DNA of 64,000 nt from Williopsis jadinii (lineage: Eukaryota): the NCBI GenBank assembly GCA_024346625.1, contig AP024667.1, positions 1,302,001 through 1,366,000 on the forward strand, written 5' to 3'. Under the pieces are notes generated by a model. The model had not been told where the DNA came from. It made no database searches and was given only the letters and a program-made list of their open reading frames with translations. Below are positions 33,001-42,390 of this stretch, one piece after another. A program made the translations under genes and the position numbers. Each line of letters opens with the position of its first letter. The stretch's first letter is position 1.

Positions 33001-33340
33001 ATTTTGACTCCTTGTCCACAAGACACCTCTTGTACTCTTCATAGTCCTCAGGGTAGTCAAGCGCGTACCTTGACAGCCTGTCGCTCAGCAACCTGTCCAG
33101 GCCATCGTCCTCTTCCAGGGATGCTTGCATGTTGATAGGGTCTGGAGTCCTTGAGCTACCGCCTAACTTCGACACCAGCTTGGCTCTCTTCGCCATCCCT
33201 GTGAGGTCTGCGCCTGATCCTGACCTGGTGAGGGCGTTCAGTGGGTTTCTGCCAGCAACAGCGGCCAGTGCCGCCGTCTTCAAAGCAACAGGAGCAGGAA
33301 TGCCCCTGTTGTTGTTACTCTTTTCTTTGTGATCTGACAT
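27002..33340 (-). CDS. BLM10: Proteasome activator Blm10/PA200
   Basis: 2112 aa; LPYSTES, FVHPSNPGPW and C-terminal AFPYTSPPPKWMP...DLEGVLWRSYFA. Confidence 0.95.
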   Translation of the reverse strand: MSDHKEKSNNNRGIPAPVALKTAALAAVAGRNPLNALTRSGSGADLTGMAKRAKLVSKLGGSSRTPDPINMQASLEEDDGLDRLLSDRLSRYALDYPEDYEEYKRCLVDKESKWVSRSKAVPFRLAEQLPYSTESHTDQARYLTHVIVHLYIAIKSLDLEGYVCISTKDLAAVKNDIDELTLDTDFFNADISFDLDEEEDGDEEDEVKSSGVVGKVLPRSAAIVSVNHWTNELSSCLKMKFELPLTLRASLAKVYYYLSLSRGQSIKLSSYSGMFMMLTDSFVRDLSECGALELDHKCMLEFFQQFYPDPDPKFDIYHPGSNDSDKKAFSSMQKLAARAANFFPKTAMKEVFDWTMQRFHPTTCHISLPILAAAFPVYFAEDESAMEFINTIFHIWTNFTSHKVRSEPSLFQLLSKISTKAYLSISKNELTYHQLHRFGILTDVQLEFVLNRIQNNLRSDFRDQSYSQVASLLVSSITPMNFKEFSAKLETLLNSLQTFVHPSNPGPWSGLIAKFCQRFINAYHKRLKQEEKEECELADEFKLSVEMNEKIANIFQDLVLLGAQGKKENVSAYYISSIGYLVDIPYPSKHTFIDKILLDLYDSLTDQFVNSTHRIIVSLKQFTEISRFIVYDPIYRVHITQILLLLVDKIGTNDLNLTNHVLNCFVTLSSVIPYREVVTDDDFLSFESTNLTFLQEHLEFLKMYPGEKFNTEKSIINNAFKASTMGFRELIKLFTEKLYLLIDTDLSEKFNFKITQVVLIFTESLSDDLFHYMASIVHEKLLEGDFRHTVNNSPIIANMSAAMIRRDPSLAPKVFKDIYGLIKLELDNGAGSNRTRDEVPESDKKLELFLIVISEVISVSNEHMLEFSDAVLDLFSLLYEKVSNPSLATTTAYVIHKTLKNLTNIKLKESRILKHEPTVEQYAESWGANQFSDTRFEEQNLEFEWYVPTHKTIHCAIDIFETVIMKSLASIEHICSQAGEPDLLAIDELIKNLSYVGTALSGSSILFDPDFNNAVEDEKCGSTSIEKKLKILRSLRAKKSDTNEINIDIEQITKEEDPEILPESKEISDTDAPPQDPTEIQSDEHSAIQTDEEGATSRLLTPSYEFENDLTAVMNTSLAFRSANIYGCDYFFGDKAAQKKASFGYNHVHSLRHLIAQCLHKVFLYLSSHKNENTNLFYAYTSTVRTYFSDVGKEFSYDLDDQIFIDYTFLKKVQSMGNYVKPFTRTCLAARAEKFHRQRVILHSTNRFPSKIDKILLNDLMQLVTSSFETTSAAAYPVVIQTMKKIIGSYSMILKSLLDQMDEFLLKDDEKRLESGLKMFLYGKFSSKISGDFQNVERVVSLISKCSNVEHQNVNSLAKNLMVMFAETIKVPSGVALFNEAEIDSSIRPPDKCIDLEISAVRSAKDKKRHEYIVKLEELQVLLLSLVKQNCHWKHKFGLINYLINLQDYYELRTTPDVLKQLVLDPNSSHPALVKHCITWFSKMVDKVMNFASYEYSLEKSFQLNYLRPGMMIIDTTNNFHEEFSQEMQNFKNPKFYVDGPFYRGWLFWGENLVALSPVKSFDYIKLSDDDRDTLTQFGALVDKKWLASILRSVTVDNESKAVFQASDVYLISAVVQLSELGFTVVSYQDILDLLDEIYNREDKASIILAAEIVCGLFVSTNHTTEANIALRDDKLDTFLDKVFSSDLTPEYSGIWSIISWWLPSKLDFRRMPVFHKKMLSLSKIIDPESDHALTQSSRLKLARVYFQHIDWQLQNIEPIVDSLNFEHPYKVVRTQIGGLFSSLSHSCMYESYANCAQFLDAQNTLDLGVSNFRLTNFFDKRLKAWFAKAEDSRTAVEAMTAQDAMHSEYYYLCSSISGWLVGAKMSFFYNELVPYIKDYIFPMLMKLDSYRDLCKLAQISLDAFFVEFANGLDYRPEDIPGVISLANEPYSSFHQLCYQLSFIEGLFSRELILLSSEQKYELIARVDTLLFNNSIEVRTKAATVLTGIIHNSLNLAIVDQFIEKYKKRLLKRVKRDNLSPEKMVKIHGAVIGLGALISAFPYTSPPPKWMPDQIVLLARASSYPGIIGKSAKDILSQFKKLRADTWHIDRQSFTEDQLEDLEGVLWRSYFA

Positions 33341-33740
33341 CCTTTAGATGCCCTGTGATGATGAGTTCCAAGGCACACAACAACGGAACACAGCACTGCA
33401 ATTCACTGACAAAGATTAGCTGATGTAATGCTTCTGCTCGATGTCACAGTATGAGAAGCTCAAATGCAGATGAAGTTGTTCTGCTTGTCGAACGCTGGAT
33501 GAAGTGCTCGTGTGCGTAGTTTGTGTCTCGGTGCTGTAGGCAGTGTTTCCGTCCGCTGAGGGAGCTCGTCCGCTGAGGGAGCTCGCGCCCGCGGTGGCGA
33601 TGAGCCCTGCCCCGCCCAGCGCGGCCCAGTCCAAAGGGAACAGCGGCAATGTTACTGGGCTGCCCAGCGGGAGCTTCCCTCTGTTGCTCGTATTCCAGGG
33701 AGACAGGCTGTTGCCCTCTACTGTTCGTTTCTAGGGGGGA

Positions 33741-33790
33741 ACACCCATACACCAAACACCCATACACCAAAAAATCCATACACCCACACA
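33741..33790 (+). promoter_or_regulatory. Tandem Rap1-type sites ACACCCATACAC in the BLM10-SLC1 divergent promoter
   Basis: ACACCCATACAC at 33741 and 33756, plus degenerate copies. Confidence 0.6.
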
Positions 33791-33982
33791 CCACCCGCTG
33801 CCCAACAACAAAAAGAAAAGTTTATACACGTAAACAACACACAGGACTCAACGGTTCACATCGGTTGCAAATTCGCTCTTGAACGCTCTGTTTCGCCTTA
33901 TACCGCTCGCTTCACTCGTCTTGACCCGGTCCCACCGCTTAGAAACATACCAGGGAAAGAGGATAGCCGAGATTCCTACGAG

Positions 33983-34885
33983 ATGGGGTTCTTTAGATCG
34001 TTGAAGTACTATGCCAAAACCACGCTGGCAATCACCGTGCTATCAGGTTGTGCTGTTTACGGTGTGCTGTGCTCCATTGTGCTGTCGCTCATTGGGAAGC
34101 GTCATTTGGCTCAGTGGTCCACCGCTCGTGTGTTCTACTACACCTTCTCAACGCTGTTGGGGATTCGTATTCGACTCATCAATGGTGAGAACTTGGAGAA
34201 GTTGCCTGCCATCATTGTGGGGAACCATCAGTCCACGCTGGACATTTTGATCCTGGGCAGGATCTTCCCAAAGGGATGCACAGTGACTTCTAAGAAGTCA
34301 CTTAAATGGATCCCATTTTTGGGGTGGTTCATGACACTCAGTGGGACGTTCTTCCTGGACCGTTCTAACAGAGAGAAATCTGTAAAGACCTTGAACAAGG
34401 CCCTCCAGGAGCTGAAGGAGAAGAAGAGAGCGTTGTACATCTTCCCAGAGGGAACCAGATCCTATGCCCAAACACCAATGCTCCTGCCCTTTAAGAAGGG
34501 TGCGTTCCATTTGGCTCAACAAGGTGGAATTCCAATCATCCCAATTGCTGTTTCAAACACCTCTTCATTGATCAACCATAAGACGAGAACATTCGAAACA
34601 GGTGAAATCGTCATCAAGGTGCTGGATCCATTGCCAACTGAGGACTTGAAGCCTGAAGATGTTGGTGCGTTCTCTGAAAAGGTTAGAGATGCAATGCTCA
34701 AAGAAGTTGACATTCTGGGCTACTCCATTCCTGATTCTCAACGCGATGTGGAATTGACCCAAGAGGACGATGAATACCAGACGATTCCAAACACTGACGA
34801 TAACAATGAGACTGATGAGGCTGTAACCCCAAAAGTCGATGAAGAGAGAACTACATTGTTGAACAAAGCTTCAGACTCTCTCTGA
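33983..34885 (+). CDS. SLC1: 1-acyl-sn-glycerol-3-phosphate acyltransferase
   Basis: NHQSTLD, FLDR, FPEGTRS and PFKKGAF motifs; adjacent to LHP1. Confidence 0.96.
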   Translation: MGFFRSLKYYAKTTLAITVLSGCAVYGVLCSIVLSLIGKRHLAQWSTARVFYYTFSTLLGIRIRLINGENLEKLPAIIVGNHQSTLDILILGRIFPKGCTVTSKKSLKWIPFLGWFMTLSGTFFLDRSNREKSVKTLNKALQELKEKKRALYIFPEGTRSYAQTPMLLPFKKGAFHLAQQGGIPIIPIAVSNTSSLINHKTRTFETGEIVIKVLDPLPTEDLKPEDVGAFSEKVRDAMLKEVDILGYSIPDSQRDVELTQEDDEYQTIPNTDDNNETDEAVTPKVDEERTTLLNKASDSL

Positions 34886-35125
34886 GATACACACCGTCCT
34901 TCTCTTTGTCCGATGCCCCCCAAACACCCGCAAATATAAATAAGTACACCATATAATACTGCTTAATACTGTCGATACAAATATTAAATGATATTGCTTG
35001 TTTCTGAAAACTGTTTCCTTCAAGAATTAACGCTATAAATGTACAGATTTGTCATGAATTGAAAAGAAAGGAAAGAGCAGACGGAGTCAAAAAAAAGCTA
35101 CTAAATCAATATTGCAAGTTACAAG

Positions 35126-35917
35126 CTAATCCCTTCTTTGACGCTTCTGGTGGTGTTTGAACCCGTTGAATCTCTTTCTCTTGAAGTTCTTGTTGTTGTT
35201 GTTGTTACCTCCAAAGTTTTCATTTTGGGCCTTCATCTCAACGTACGCAGGCTTGGACATAATCACTTCGAGCTCTTTACCGTTGAACTCAGGCTTTGGG
35301 TTCAACTCGACAAACTTCTTTGCATCCTCCAAGTCCGCAAACTCGGCAAACACACTCTGCTTGAACTCTTTGCTGTCGTTTCTTCTGAGTCTAACCTCGT
35401 TGATCTTACCAAACTGTCTGAACCAATCTTCAATTGTCTCCTGTGTGGTCTCGGTCTCCTCGCCAAATCCCTTTGCATAGACAGATCTTTGGAAGCGTAG
35501 CTGCTTCTCCGAGTCCTTTGGTGGTAGTATAGGGTTCTTGCGTCTAACCATTTCACCATCCTCAGACACAACGAGGAACGTCGACTCTCTAAGGGCATCC
35601 ACAACCTTGTCCAATGGTCTGAACTTCTTCATTCTGTTGAACGACGCAATCGTCGCAATTGAAACCCAGCCTTCTTGGTTCGACTGTACCGTGCGCCATA
35701 GGAACTTGTCCTTTGGCAAGTTCGAGTCACTGAAGTAGAACTCAACCTGTTTTAAGACATCCTCCTGTGTAAACTTGGCTGGCTCATCGCTCTCCTTCTT
35801 ATCAGAGGTGCTCTCCTCAACGGTCTTTTCCGCAGCAGGGGCCTCAGATGGTTTAGCAGCATCTGCAACAGTCTCAACTGGCTTCTCTTCAACAACTTTG
35901 GTAACTTCTTCACTCAT
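35126..35917 (-). CDS. LHP1: La protein homolog (La motif plus RRM)
   Basis: KQVEFYFSDSNLPKDKFL, IASFNRMK, RSVYAKGF. Confidence 0.95.
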   Translation of the reverse strand: MSEEVTKVVEEKPVETVADAAKPSEAPAAEKTVEESTSDKKESDEPAKFTQEDVLKQVEFYFSDSNLPKDKFLWRTVQSNQEGWVSIATIASFNRMKKFRPLDKVVDALRESTFLVVSEDGEMVRRKNPILPPKDSEKQLRFQRSVYAKGFGEETETTQETIEDWFRQFGKINEVRLRRNDSKEFKQSVFAEFADLEDAKKFVELNPKPEFNGKELEVIMSKPAYVEMKAQNENFGGNNNNNKNFKRKRFNGFKHHQKRQRRD

Positions 35918-36172
35918 TTTTTCAGATAATTTCCACAGCCTTTAAAAGTTGATAAAGCTGTGGTTTATTGAGGAAAAAAAATCCGTCGAGGGACGAAAGA
36001 AAAAAAAAAAAATTCAGCGATGACATGGTATGGGCCACACATAGAGATGTCCGGGTGTTCTGGCCATCGCAGTGGTGTCCGGATGTGTTTACACTATGGG
36101 GGCTCGGTATGGAAGCGCAGTATGGAAGCATCTATGGGGTGAATAACGGTGGGATTTGGCAGGTGAGTGTGC

Positions 36173-36894
36173 CTATGAGCTGGCATTGCTCCACAGGAGA
36201 TGGCCAGCGTCGGTGGCAAGCATAATATCGTGCGTTTGTTGCAAGAAAACCGGTGGAATACAGCTCCATTGGCAATACACGGGCTTATTCTGATGATGAC
36301 GATGGTGCTTGAGGGTCATTCCACTCTCAAACTCAACACCCAGACTCGTAGTGACGATGGCCGTGCCGAACTGGTGTCTGAGCCGTTGTAGGATCTTCGC
36401 GAGAGCGGTGTACTCCTCCTCGAGGGTCCCATCAACGAGCAGGTCCCAATGGAACACTGAGAGGTCATCGAGGACGAGTAGCTTCAAGGGGAGGTCCATG
36501 CGATCCAGCTTGTACTCCAGCATATCCATTAGACACCGCAGTAGCTGCGTGAAGCTCTCTATATCTGTTCTGACGGTGATTTCCGTACCAAAATGCCCAC
36601 CCAGCTGGCTCTCCAGATGGCGTGACCATAGCCCAAGGTCCACCACTACAGTCTGTCCGTTCGCCTCTCTTAGAGATTCAATACACGTCCTGATGACACC
36701 AGCCCGTTGCCCATGATCGCCACATACAACGTGTAAGTGTCCAGATCCTTCAATTACACCAGGCAACGCGACAAAGCGTTCTACCGGGCTGATGAACCGT
36801 TGAAGCCGTTAGTCTCAACCTCTCCAAGCACCTTAAAACTAGCACGACTCACTTGTCGAAGCGTAGTAAACTCGAGTGAATTGACCAGCTCCAT
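36173..36894 (-). CDS. PSY3: Shu complex Rad51-paralog subunit Psy3-like; proposed exons 36853-36894 and 36173-36796 (non-canonical acceptor, see findings)
   Basis: GHLHVV, VVVDLGLW, LVLDDLSVFHW, LAKILQRLRHQFG blocks; exon 1 MELVNSLEFTTLRQ followed by GTGAGT and GACTAAC; position between LHP1 and the KNH1-like gene. Confidence 0.7.
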
Positions 36895-37105
36895 TGTTCC
36901 ACAGCTGCTGTTCAACACACCCTCACCAAGCACCCTCACCAAGCAGCAGCACGAGCCAACTGTGAGCGTGTCTTCATTGCTTTAAACACCGATGATGGGA
37001 GAACATTGTCGGAAAAAAGTGCGAGCGAAACGGCATCGAAGCTGGCTTTTCCTCCATCACCATGAACAACCCATAATTATAGGCGGTAAACGATAAGCAA
37101 CGGCA

Positions 37106-38731
37106 ATGGCACAGAGGAATCGCTCGCAAGGACACGGCCCAGCTCTCACACAGCGAGAGCGTAAGCTGAGAAAGGCGTCACGGGCTGAAGATGCTGTTCC
37201 AGAGGAGCCAGAAGGACACGTTGAGCCGAAGTCAGCAGATGCTGCCTCTTCACAGGCAGAGCTCTTCCCCCAGGAGAGGCTCCTCATCTGGCTGTCAGGC
37301 TTTGTGAAGAACCACTTCACCACTGACAAGTTCATCCAGCTGTCTGTGCTGGCGTTCTCGGCCCAGCAAGCGTATCTGTACCACGATGACTCGTACCAGT
37401 CCGCTGAGGACGTGAACCTGTTGATATCAACAGCATGTGGCGTCGTTGCTCTACTTGCCGGCGTGGTCATTGCCTTCCGGGTGAAGTCTCAGATGAACAG
37501 AGACACAGATCCTTGGGACTCCATGCCTCCATGGAACACGATCTACCTGGTGTTTCTGCCCTTGATGATCCCCTACGTGTTGAAGAGAGAGCTGATGCTG
37601 TACAACTCAGCCTTTATAACCTCGGTTCTGGAGCTACCAGCCTTTGCCAAGTTCGTCATCCAGTGCTCTCTGATAGGCTCAAACACCCAGCATCCTGATG
37701 TGATGGCGAACGCAAAGGTTGTGGCTTTGAACCTGGCGGCTCATTACATTCTGGGTAGAATATCGGAGTTCAAATCACTGGACAAGATTGAAGTCACGCT
37801 CTTCGCCACACTGATAACTGATCTATTCCTCGTTGAGTCAGAAGAGCTGTATGTGATTGTCCTACAGAGACTGTTCATCGCCTATGCGTTGGGTCTGGGC
37901 TCAGTGTACGGAGTCGTCCAACTGTGGAAGGAGAACACTCTGGCGAGAAGCGTGCTCGTGCTGGCTGTATGGGGAACAGTGTTTGTAGCCTCGTCGCTAC
38001 TTCTTCTTGAGCCCGTGTTCAACGCCAATGCACTATACTGGCTTGTGGATTACATTCAGATGTCCCAGACCAGGTGCTACATTGTTGGTGTCTGGAGCAC
38101 TTCGTTGTTGCTGCTGATTCCAACGGTGTTCAACTACAAGATCAAGCTGTCTCAGAACTCACGTCGCAAGATCTGGCACTTCCTTGTTCTGGTGTTGATT
38201 GCACCATTTTTACATATGGATCCTGATTTTGTCAAGCTGGCCCTCGCTGGTACCGTTATCCTCTTTTTGATTGTTGAGATGGTTAGATACTTGAAGCTGA
38301 AACCGTTTGGCGAAGTGCTGGACTCTCATTTGAGAGAATTTGCCGATTTCAGAGATGAGAGGGGCCCCATCATCATCTCTTACATATACCTGTTCGTGGG
38401 CATCACGTTGCCAATTCTGTTCGACAACAGCGTTGTGGGACTGGTTGTTCTTGGAGTTGGAGACTCGCTGGCATCCATAGTGGGCTCCAAATGGGGTGAG
38501 ATCCATTGGTCGAACTCGTCAAAGACGCTGGAAGGCACCATGACCTTTATCCTGTCGACATTCACGATTTGCTCACTGTTTAAGTTCCTTGACTGGTTCT
38601 TCATCGACAAGTCGTACTACGCACTGTTGCTGACGTGCACTCTAAGCGGACTACTGGAGGGCAATAGCGACATGAACGATAACATCATGATCCCAGGATT
38701 CATGGTTGTCACGTTGGAATCTTTGAACTGA
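37106..38731 (+). CDS. SEC59: Dolichol kinase
   Basis: Multi-TM; RRKIWHF, DFRDERGPIIISYIYL, LGVGDSLASIVG, KTLEGT, NDN. Confidence 0.94.
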   Translation: MAQRNRSQGHGPALTQRERKLRKASRAEDAVPEEPEGHVEPKSADAASSQAELFPQERLLIWLSGFVKNHFTTDKFIQLSVLAFSAQQAYLYHDDSYQSAEDVNLLISTACGVVALLAGVVIAFRVKSQMNRDTDPWDSMPPWNTIYLVFLPLMIPYVLKRELMLYNSAFITSVLELPAFAKFVIQCSLIGSNTQHPDVMANAKVVALNLAAHYILGRISEFKSLDKIEVTLFATLITDLFLVESEELYVIVLQRLFIAYALGLGSVYGVVQLWKENTLARSVLVLAVWGTVFVASSLLLLEPVFNANALYWLVDYIQMSQTRCYIVGVWSTSLLLLIPTVFNYKIKLSQNSRRKIWHFLVLVLIAPFLHMDPDFVKLALAGTVILFLIVEMVRYLKLKPFGEVLDSHLREFADFRDERGPIIISYIYLFVGITLPILFDNSVVGLVVLGVGDSLASIVGSKWGEIHWSNSSKTLEGTMTFILSTFTICSLFKFLDWFFIDKSYYALLLTCTLSGLLEGNSDMNDNIMIPGFMVVTLESLN

Positions 38732-38838
38732 GTACAGTCACCACTTCCGTCGTGTAATATCGAACATATCATTACGTTTAAACAGGTGCAAAATACACAA
38801 CTAGAGCTTACAGATGTATGTAAGAAACAATGTATATA

Positions 38839-39702
38839 TCAGGACGTTGACGTCGACACAATGGCCTCTGGAGTGTGCGCAGCCTGTGTGAGAGTTGGCG
38901 TTCTCGTAAGCCTCTCACTGGCAGCGTACCAGCCCCCGTTGGCACTTGGATCAGGAGCATGAGAGGCCCAGTTGACGCCAGAGCTGATGGTATAGCTCCA
39001 GCCTGGTGTTATCGTCGTCACCTGTGCCAAACTTGATGAGAAGGACGTGAAGTACGAAACCTCTGAAGTTGGGAAGCGACGGGTCCAGGAGCTCTTATCC
39101 ATGGTGATCTTGGTTGGAGGCTGTGTCTGCATTGGGGCATATCTCGTTCTGCCCGTCTGCGACAGATAAGGCACACTGAACGACTTAGAGTCGATGGACA
39201 CCATCGTGTTATCACCATTCTCCAGCGACGTCTGTGCGTCTGGTGGCTTGGTCACTGCACCAACAGTAGGCTCGTACGAGCCCGTCATGCCTTCCAGCAA
39301 GAATCTGTTACTGTAGTGGATGGTCCAGCCGTTAGTCGCAGTCGCGTAGATCTGGATGTAATAGTACCCATCTTGGCCAACATCGGAGTCGATGGACAGG
39401 TCATAGGTGTAGCCAGAGATGTCCGACGCCTTGATCTGCTTAGCCAACGTCTTCACAGCCTTGATGTTTGCGTTGGGACCTGTGCACAGCACAAACGTGT
39501 ACGACTCGATGTCCGTGAGCTTTGGTTGCGCGTTGGACTCGATCCACGTCACCGACACCTTGGCGACACCGTCGCTCACCTCGTACGTCTGTCCTGTCAA
39601 TGGCTTCGAGATGGACACGTCACCGTGGGCCAGGCGCACACAGAGCGTGAGCAGCAGCAGCAGCGCCAGTCTCACTGGAGCCCTGAACGATGCTGTCATC
39701 AT
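38839..39702 (-). CDS. KRE9: Secreted beta-1,6-glucan synthesis protein, Kre9/Knh1 family
   Basis: Signal peptide, LCTGPN, TIHYSNRF, SFSVPY..QTGRTRYAPMQTQP, TTITPGWSY. Synteny fits the KNH1 locus. Confidence 0.9.
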   Translation of the reverse strand: MMTASFRAPVRLALLLLLTLCVRLAHGDVSISKPLTGQTYEVSDGVAKVSVTWIESNAQPKLTDIESYTFVLCTGPNANIKAVKTLAKQIKASDISGYTYDLSIDSDVGQDGYYYIQIYATATNGWTIHYSNRFLLEGMTGSYEPTVGAVTKPPDAQTSLENGDNTMVSIDSKSFSVPYLSQTGRTRYAPMQTQPPTKITMDKSSWTRRFPTSEVSYFTSFSSSLAQVTTITPGWSYTISSGVNWASHAPDPSANGGWYAASERLTRTPTLTQAAHTPEAIVSTSTS

Positions 39703-40729
39703 AGCTTGCGAGTTTTGTCGTCTGAGTGCTGGCTTGTACGGGGCTTTGTTGCTATGACGTATAACGGTTAAAGGGTCAGAATCTTGCAGTGCTTGTACGG
39801 GGTCAAATTTCGCTTGGAAACACACAATGACCAACAACAACACGATATGACCGGTGGTTAGAACTCTGCGGAAAATGAGACGGAATACACAAGCGGAGGG
39901 AGAAAATGGTCACACACACACCAGCACAGCTTATAAACACAGCTTTGGCGTAAGTTGAGAGCTTAAAGGTGAATTTTTTCCTCTCTTGTTTATGTCCTGG
40001 AGGAGCCGACGGAGGTTTGTGAGGTGAGTGCTCTTTCGCCCAATGTGCACAACGTTGCATTTGCGCTTCCCGATTGGGCAGTTTGTGTGGCGCAGTGCGT
40101 CGGTTGGGGCACGTAGTAATGTCCTTGCGCGTCTCTGGCTGTGGCACAGGCCTGGGTTGGGTGTTTGGGTGTTGAAGCTTACCATTTGGGAGAGGAGTTG
40201 GTGGATGGCGTATTTTGGTGTCGTGTGGTGCGGTGCCATGCTGGTGCTGTTGTTGTTGGAGCTGCTGGAGCTATTGATGTTGGAGCTGCTGATGCTGATG
40301 CTGCTGTACTGCGTGGCTCTGGGGCTCGCTGGGCTTGTAGTGTCAACACCACGCCGGGCCCACTCGTGTGTCCTTCTGCTATACCACACACACATCAATC
40401 AAAGCACTCTGTCGTCTCCCTCTGAAGAACTCGCCCTGCCTGGTGGTCCATGGGCGAAGATGTCTCCACGTTCTGGCCCATGTCCTCCTCTTCAGCCACT
40501 GTCTTCTAAATTTAGACTGCACATTACACCCAGACACCACTTGCTTCGGCGTTATTGCCGGATTGGGCCTTACACAGGGGTTGGGATACACAGCTTTGTT
40601 AGACATATATAGAGAGAGAACGCTCAACACCTTCAAAGTTGGTTTGCTTCTTTGCTGAGGTGCTACGTCTATGTTGTTTCCCCTTTGTTTAGTTTCTTCA
40701 CACTGAAAATCATATCAATTGGCTATAGA

Positions 40730-41572
40730 ATGTCAGTAAATGTAACTTCTCAGAGCTCCTTCAATGCAAACCATTCACTCTACGACAGAGTCAGACCAGA
40801 GTTCGATAAGGCGTTCGTAAGCAAGTTCATCGATTCAGTGGGTATATCCAAGGAGAGCAAGGTGTTGGAATTGGCTGCAGGCACAGGCAAATTCACAAAG
40901 CAACTGTTGAGCAATGGGGTTTCAAGGGACCAGCTGATCATAGTGGAACCAAGTGAGGGAATGTTGCAAAGCTTTGAGAGCAACATCCCCGGCTTGGAGA
41001 CACATTTGGGCTCAAGTTACGAAATCCCCTTGAAGGACTCCTCTGTTGACTGTGTCATTGTAGCCCAGGGGTTCCACTGGTTCAGCGACTCGCAGAGCTT
41101 GGAGGAGATCTCGAGAGTTCTAAAGCCAAATGGTAAACTTGGTCTCATTTGGAACTTTGACACCATAAAGAATAACAAGAACAATCCGCAATTGGATATC
41201 AAAGATGCAGATTTGCAGGATATGACAACCTGGCAAACAATTGCATTCGAAGCGTATAAATACGACTCTAATGTGCCACAGTATAGACATGGAAATTGGT
41301 CTAAAGTGTTTGAATCAACGGATTTATTCGACAAAACCAAGATTGATTCGCAATTCCGTTATTCCATCTATCCATTCCCGAAAGATCAAGTTTATAACTA
41401 TTGGTTATCCAGATCTTACATCACTTCTTTACCAAATGATGAGAAGGATAAGCTCCATGCAACTGTGAAATCATTGTTGGATGAAGCACCTAAGAGCTCT
41501 TTTTTCGATGACCATACTGTCAAGCAATTCCTGGGCTGTCATTTCTTTGTGATTGAAAAGAAGGCCAATTAA
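40730..41572 (+). CDS. Class I SAM-dependent small-molecule methyltransferase
   Basis: ATG at 40730; YDRVRP, VLELAAGTG (motif I), VEPSEGM, AQGFHW, RVLKPNG. Confidence 0.88.
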   Translation: MSVNVTSQSSFNANHSLYDRVRPEFDKAFVSKFIDSVGISKESKVLELAAGTGKFTKQLLSNGVSRDQLIIVEPSEGMLQSFESNIPGLETHLGSSYEIPLKDSSVDCVIVAQGFHWFSDSQSLEEISRVLKPNGKLGLIWNFDTIKNNKNNPQLDIKDADLQDMTTWQTIAFEAYKYDSNVPQYRHGNWSKVFESTDLFDKTKIDSQFRYSIYPFPKDQVYNYWLSRSYITSLPNDEKDKLHATVKSLLDEAPKSSFFDDHTVKQFLGCHFFVIEKKAN

Positions 41573-42390
41573 TGATTATCTGCCATTATATCGCGTATGA
41601 AATCCCACGCACTGAATTTGATCTGTTCTGTAGACTCCATCATGGGCATTCCTTTGAAGAACCTCAGTCTTCCGTCTGCTCCCATCACTATGTATTGACA
41701 TTTAAACCTGTATAGCTTGAGCTTATGGAACTCTAACGTTGTTAGCGTTTCCAAATGGCTCAACAAAGTCTTGAACAATGCATCATTGGTGTCATCCTCT
41801 TGAACAAATTTCAGCAGGTCCTTATTCAGCACTTGAACTGAGATTGTGTTTAACATCCCCTGTGTCAAATGTGATGTGGAGAATGTCAACTCAACGTCGC
41901 CGAGTTTCGACTTATCATCCAGGTTTGTAGCGATGGATGTCAAACATCGTATGAGAAACGAGGATTCGAATCTCACGGGTTTCCAGACATACCCGAACTC
42001 GTTCGATACCCAGTGTGTCATCAAATTGTCCAACTTGTTGAAGCTTCTCGCTATCACTAAAGATTGTGTCTTTCCACCAGTGGCGCTGATGATTGTATAG
42101 CTCTGTCTCTTAAAGACGTCATTGGGAAACTCCAGAGTAATGGACACAATCGTATATTCCTCCTCCTTGATGATCTTTGCACCCTTATCAATGGTCACGG
42201 TAGTGTAATCTCGTAGCTGTTCCGGTGTAAGATCCATCAACGCGCTAGAGGCGATGAGGTCTTCATCGAGATCCATGAGCAGTGCAACAACTATGACTTT
42301 GAGCCCTGTGATCGTGGTGGGCGAGTTCCACACGTCTGGATCAGTTGTGGAGGAGTAGAACAGTCTCAGCGGTGCTAATGGGATACTCAT
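41569..42390 (-). CDS. IML3: Kinetochore protein Iml3/CENP-L-like
   Basis: HWVSNEFGYVWKPVRFE and LNTISVQV...LETLTTLEFHKLKL resemble Iml3 as recalled; the order IML3-AIM3-CMD1-ALG1 matches S. cerevisiae YBR107C-YBR110W. Confidence 0.7.
   Translation of the reverse strand: MSIPLAPLRLFYSSTTDPDVWNSPTTITGLKVIVVALLMDLDEDLIASSALMDLTPEQLRDYTTVTIDKGAKIIKEEEYTIVSITLEFPNDVFKRQSYTIISATGGKTQSLVIARSFNKLDNLMTHWVSNEFGYVWKPVRFESSFLIRCLTSIATNLDDKSKLGDVELTFSTSHLTQGMLNTISVQVLNKDLLKFVQEDDTNDALFKTLLSHLETLTTLEFHKLKLYRFKCQYIVMGADGRLRFFKGMPMMESTEQIKFSAWDFIRDIMADNH

Noticed and set aside
41569..41572. Overlapping stop codons of the methyltransferase and IML3 (also the 12-nt ALG1/HOS1 overlap at 48821-48832)
   Set aside because: Short convergent 3' overlaps are common in compact yeast genomes.
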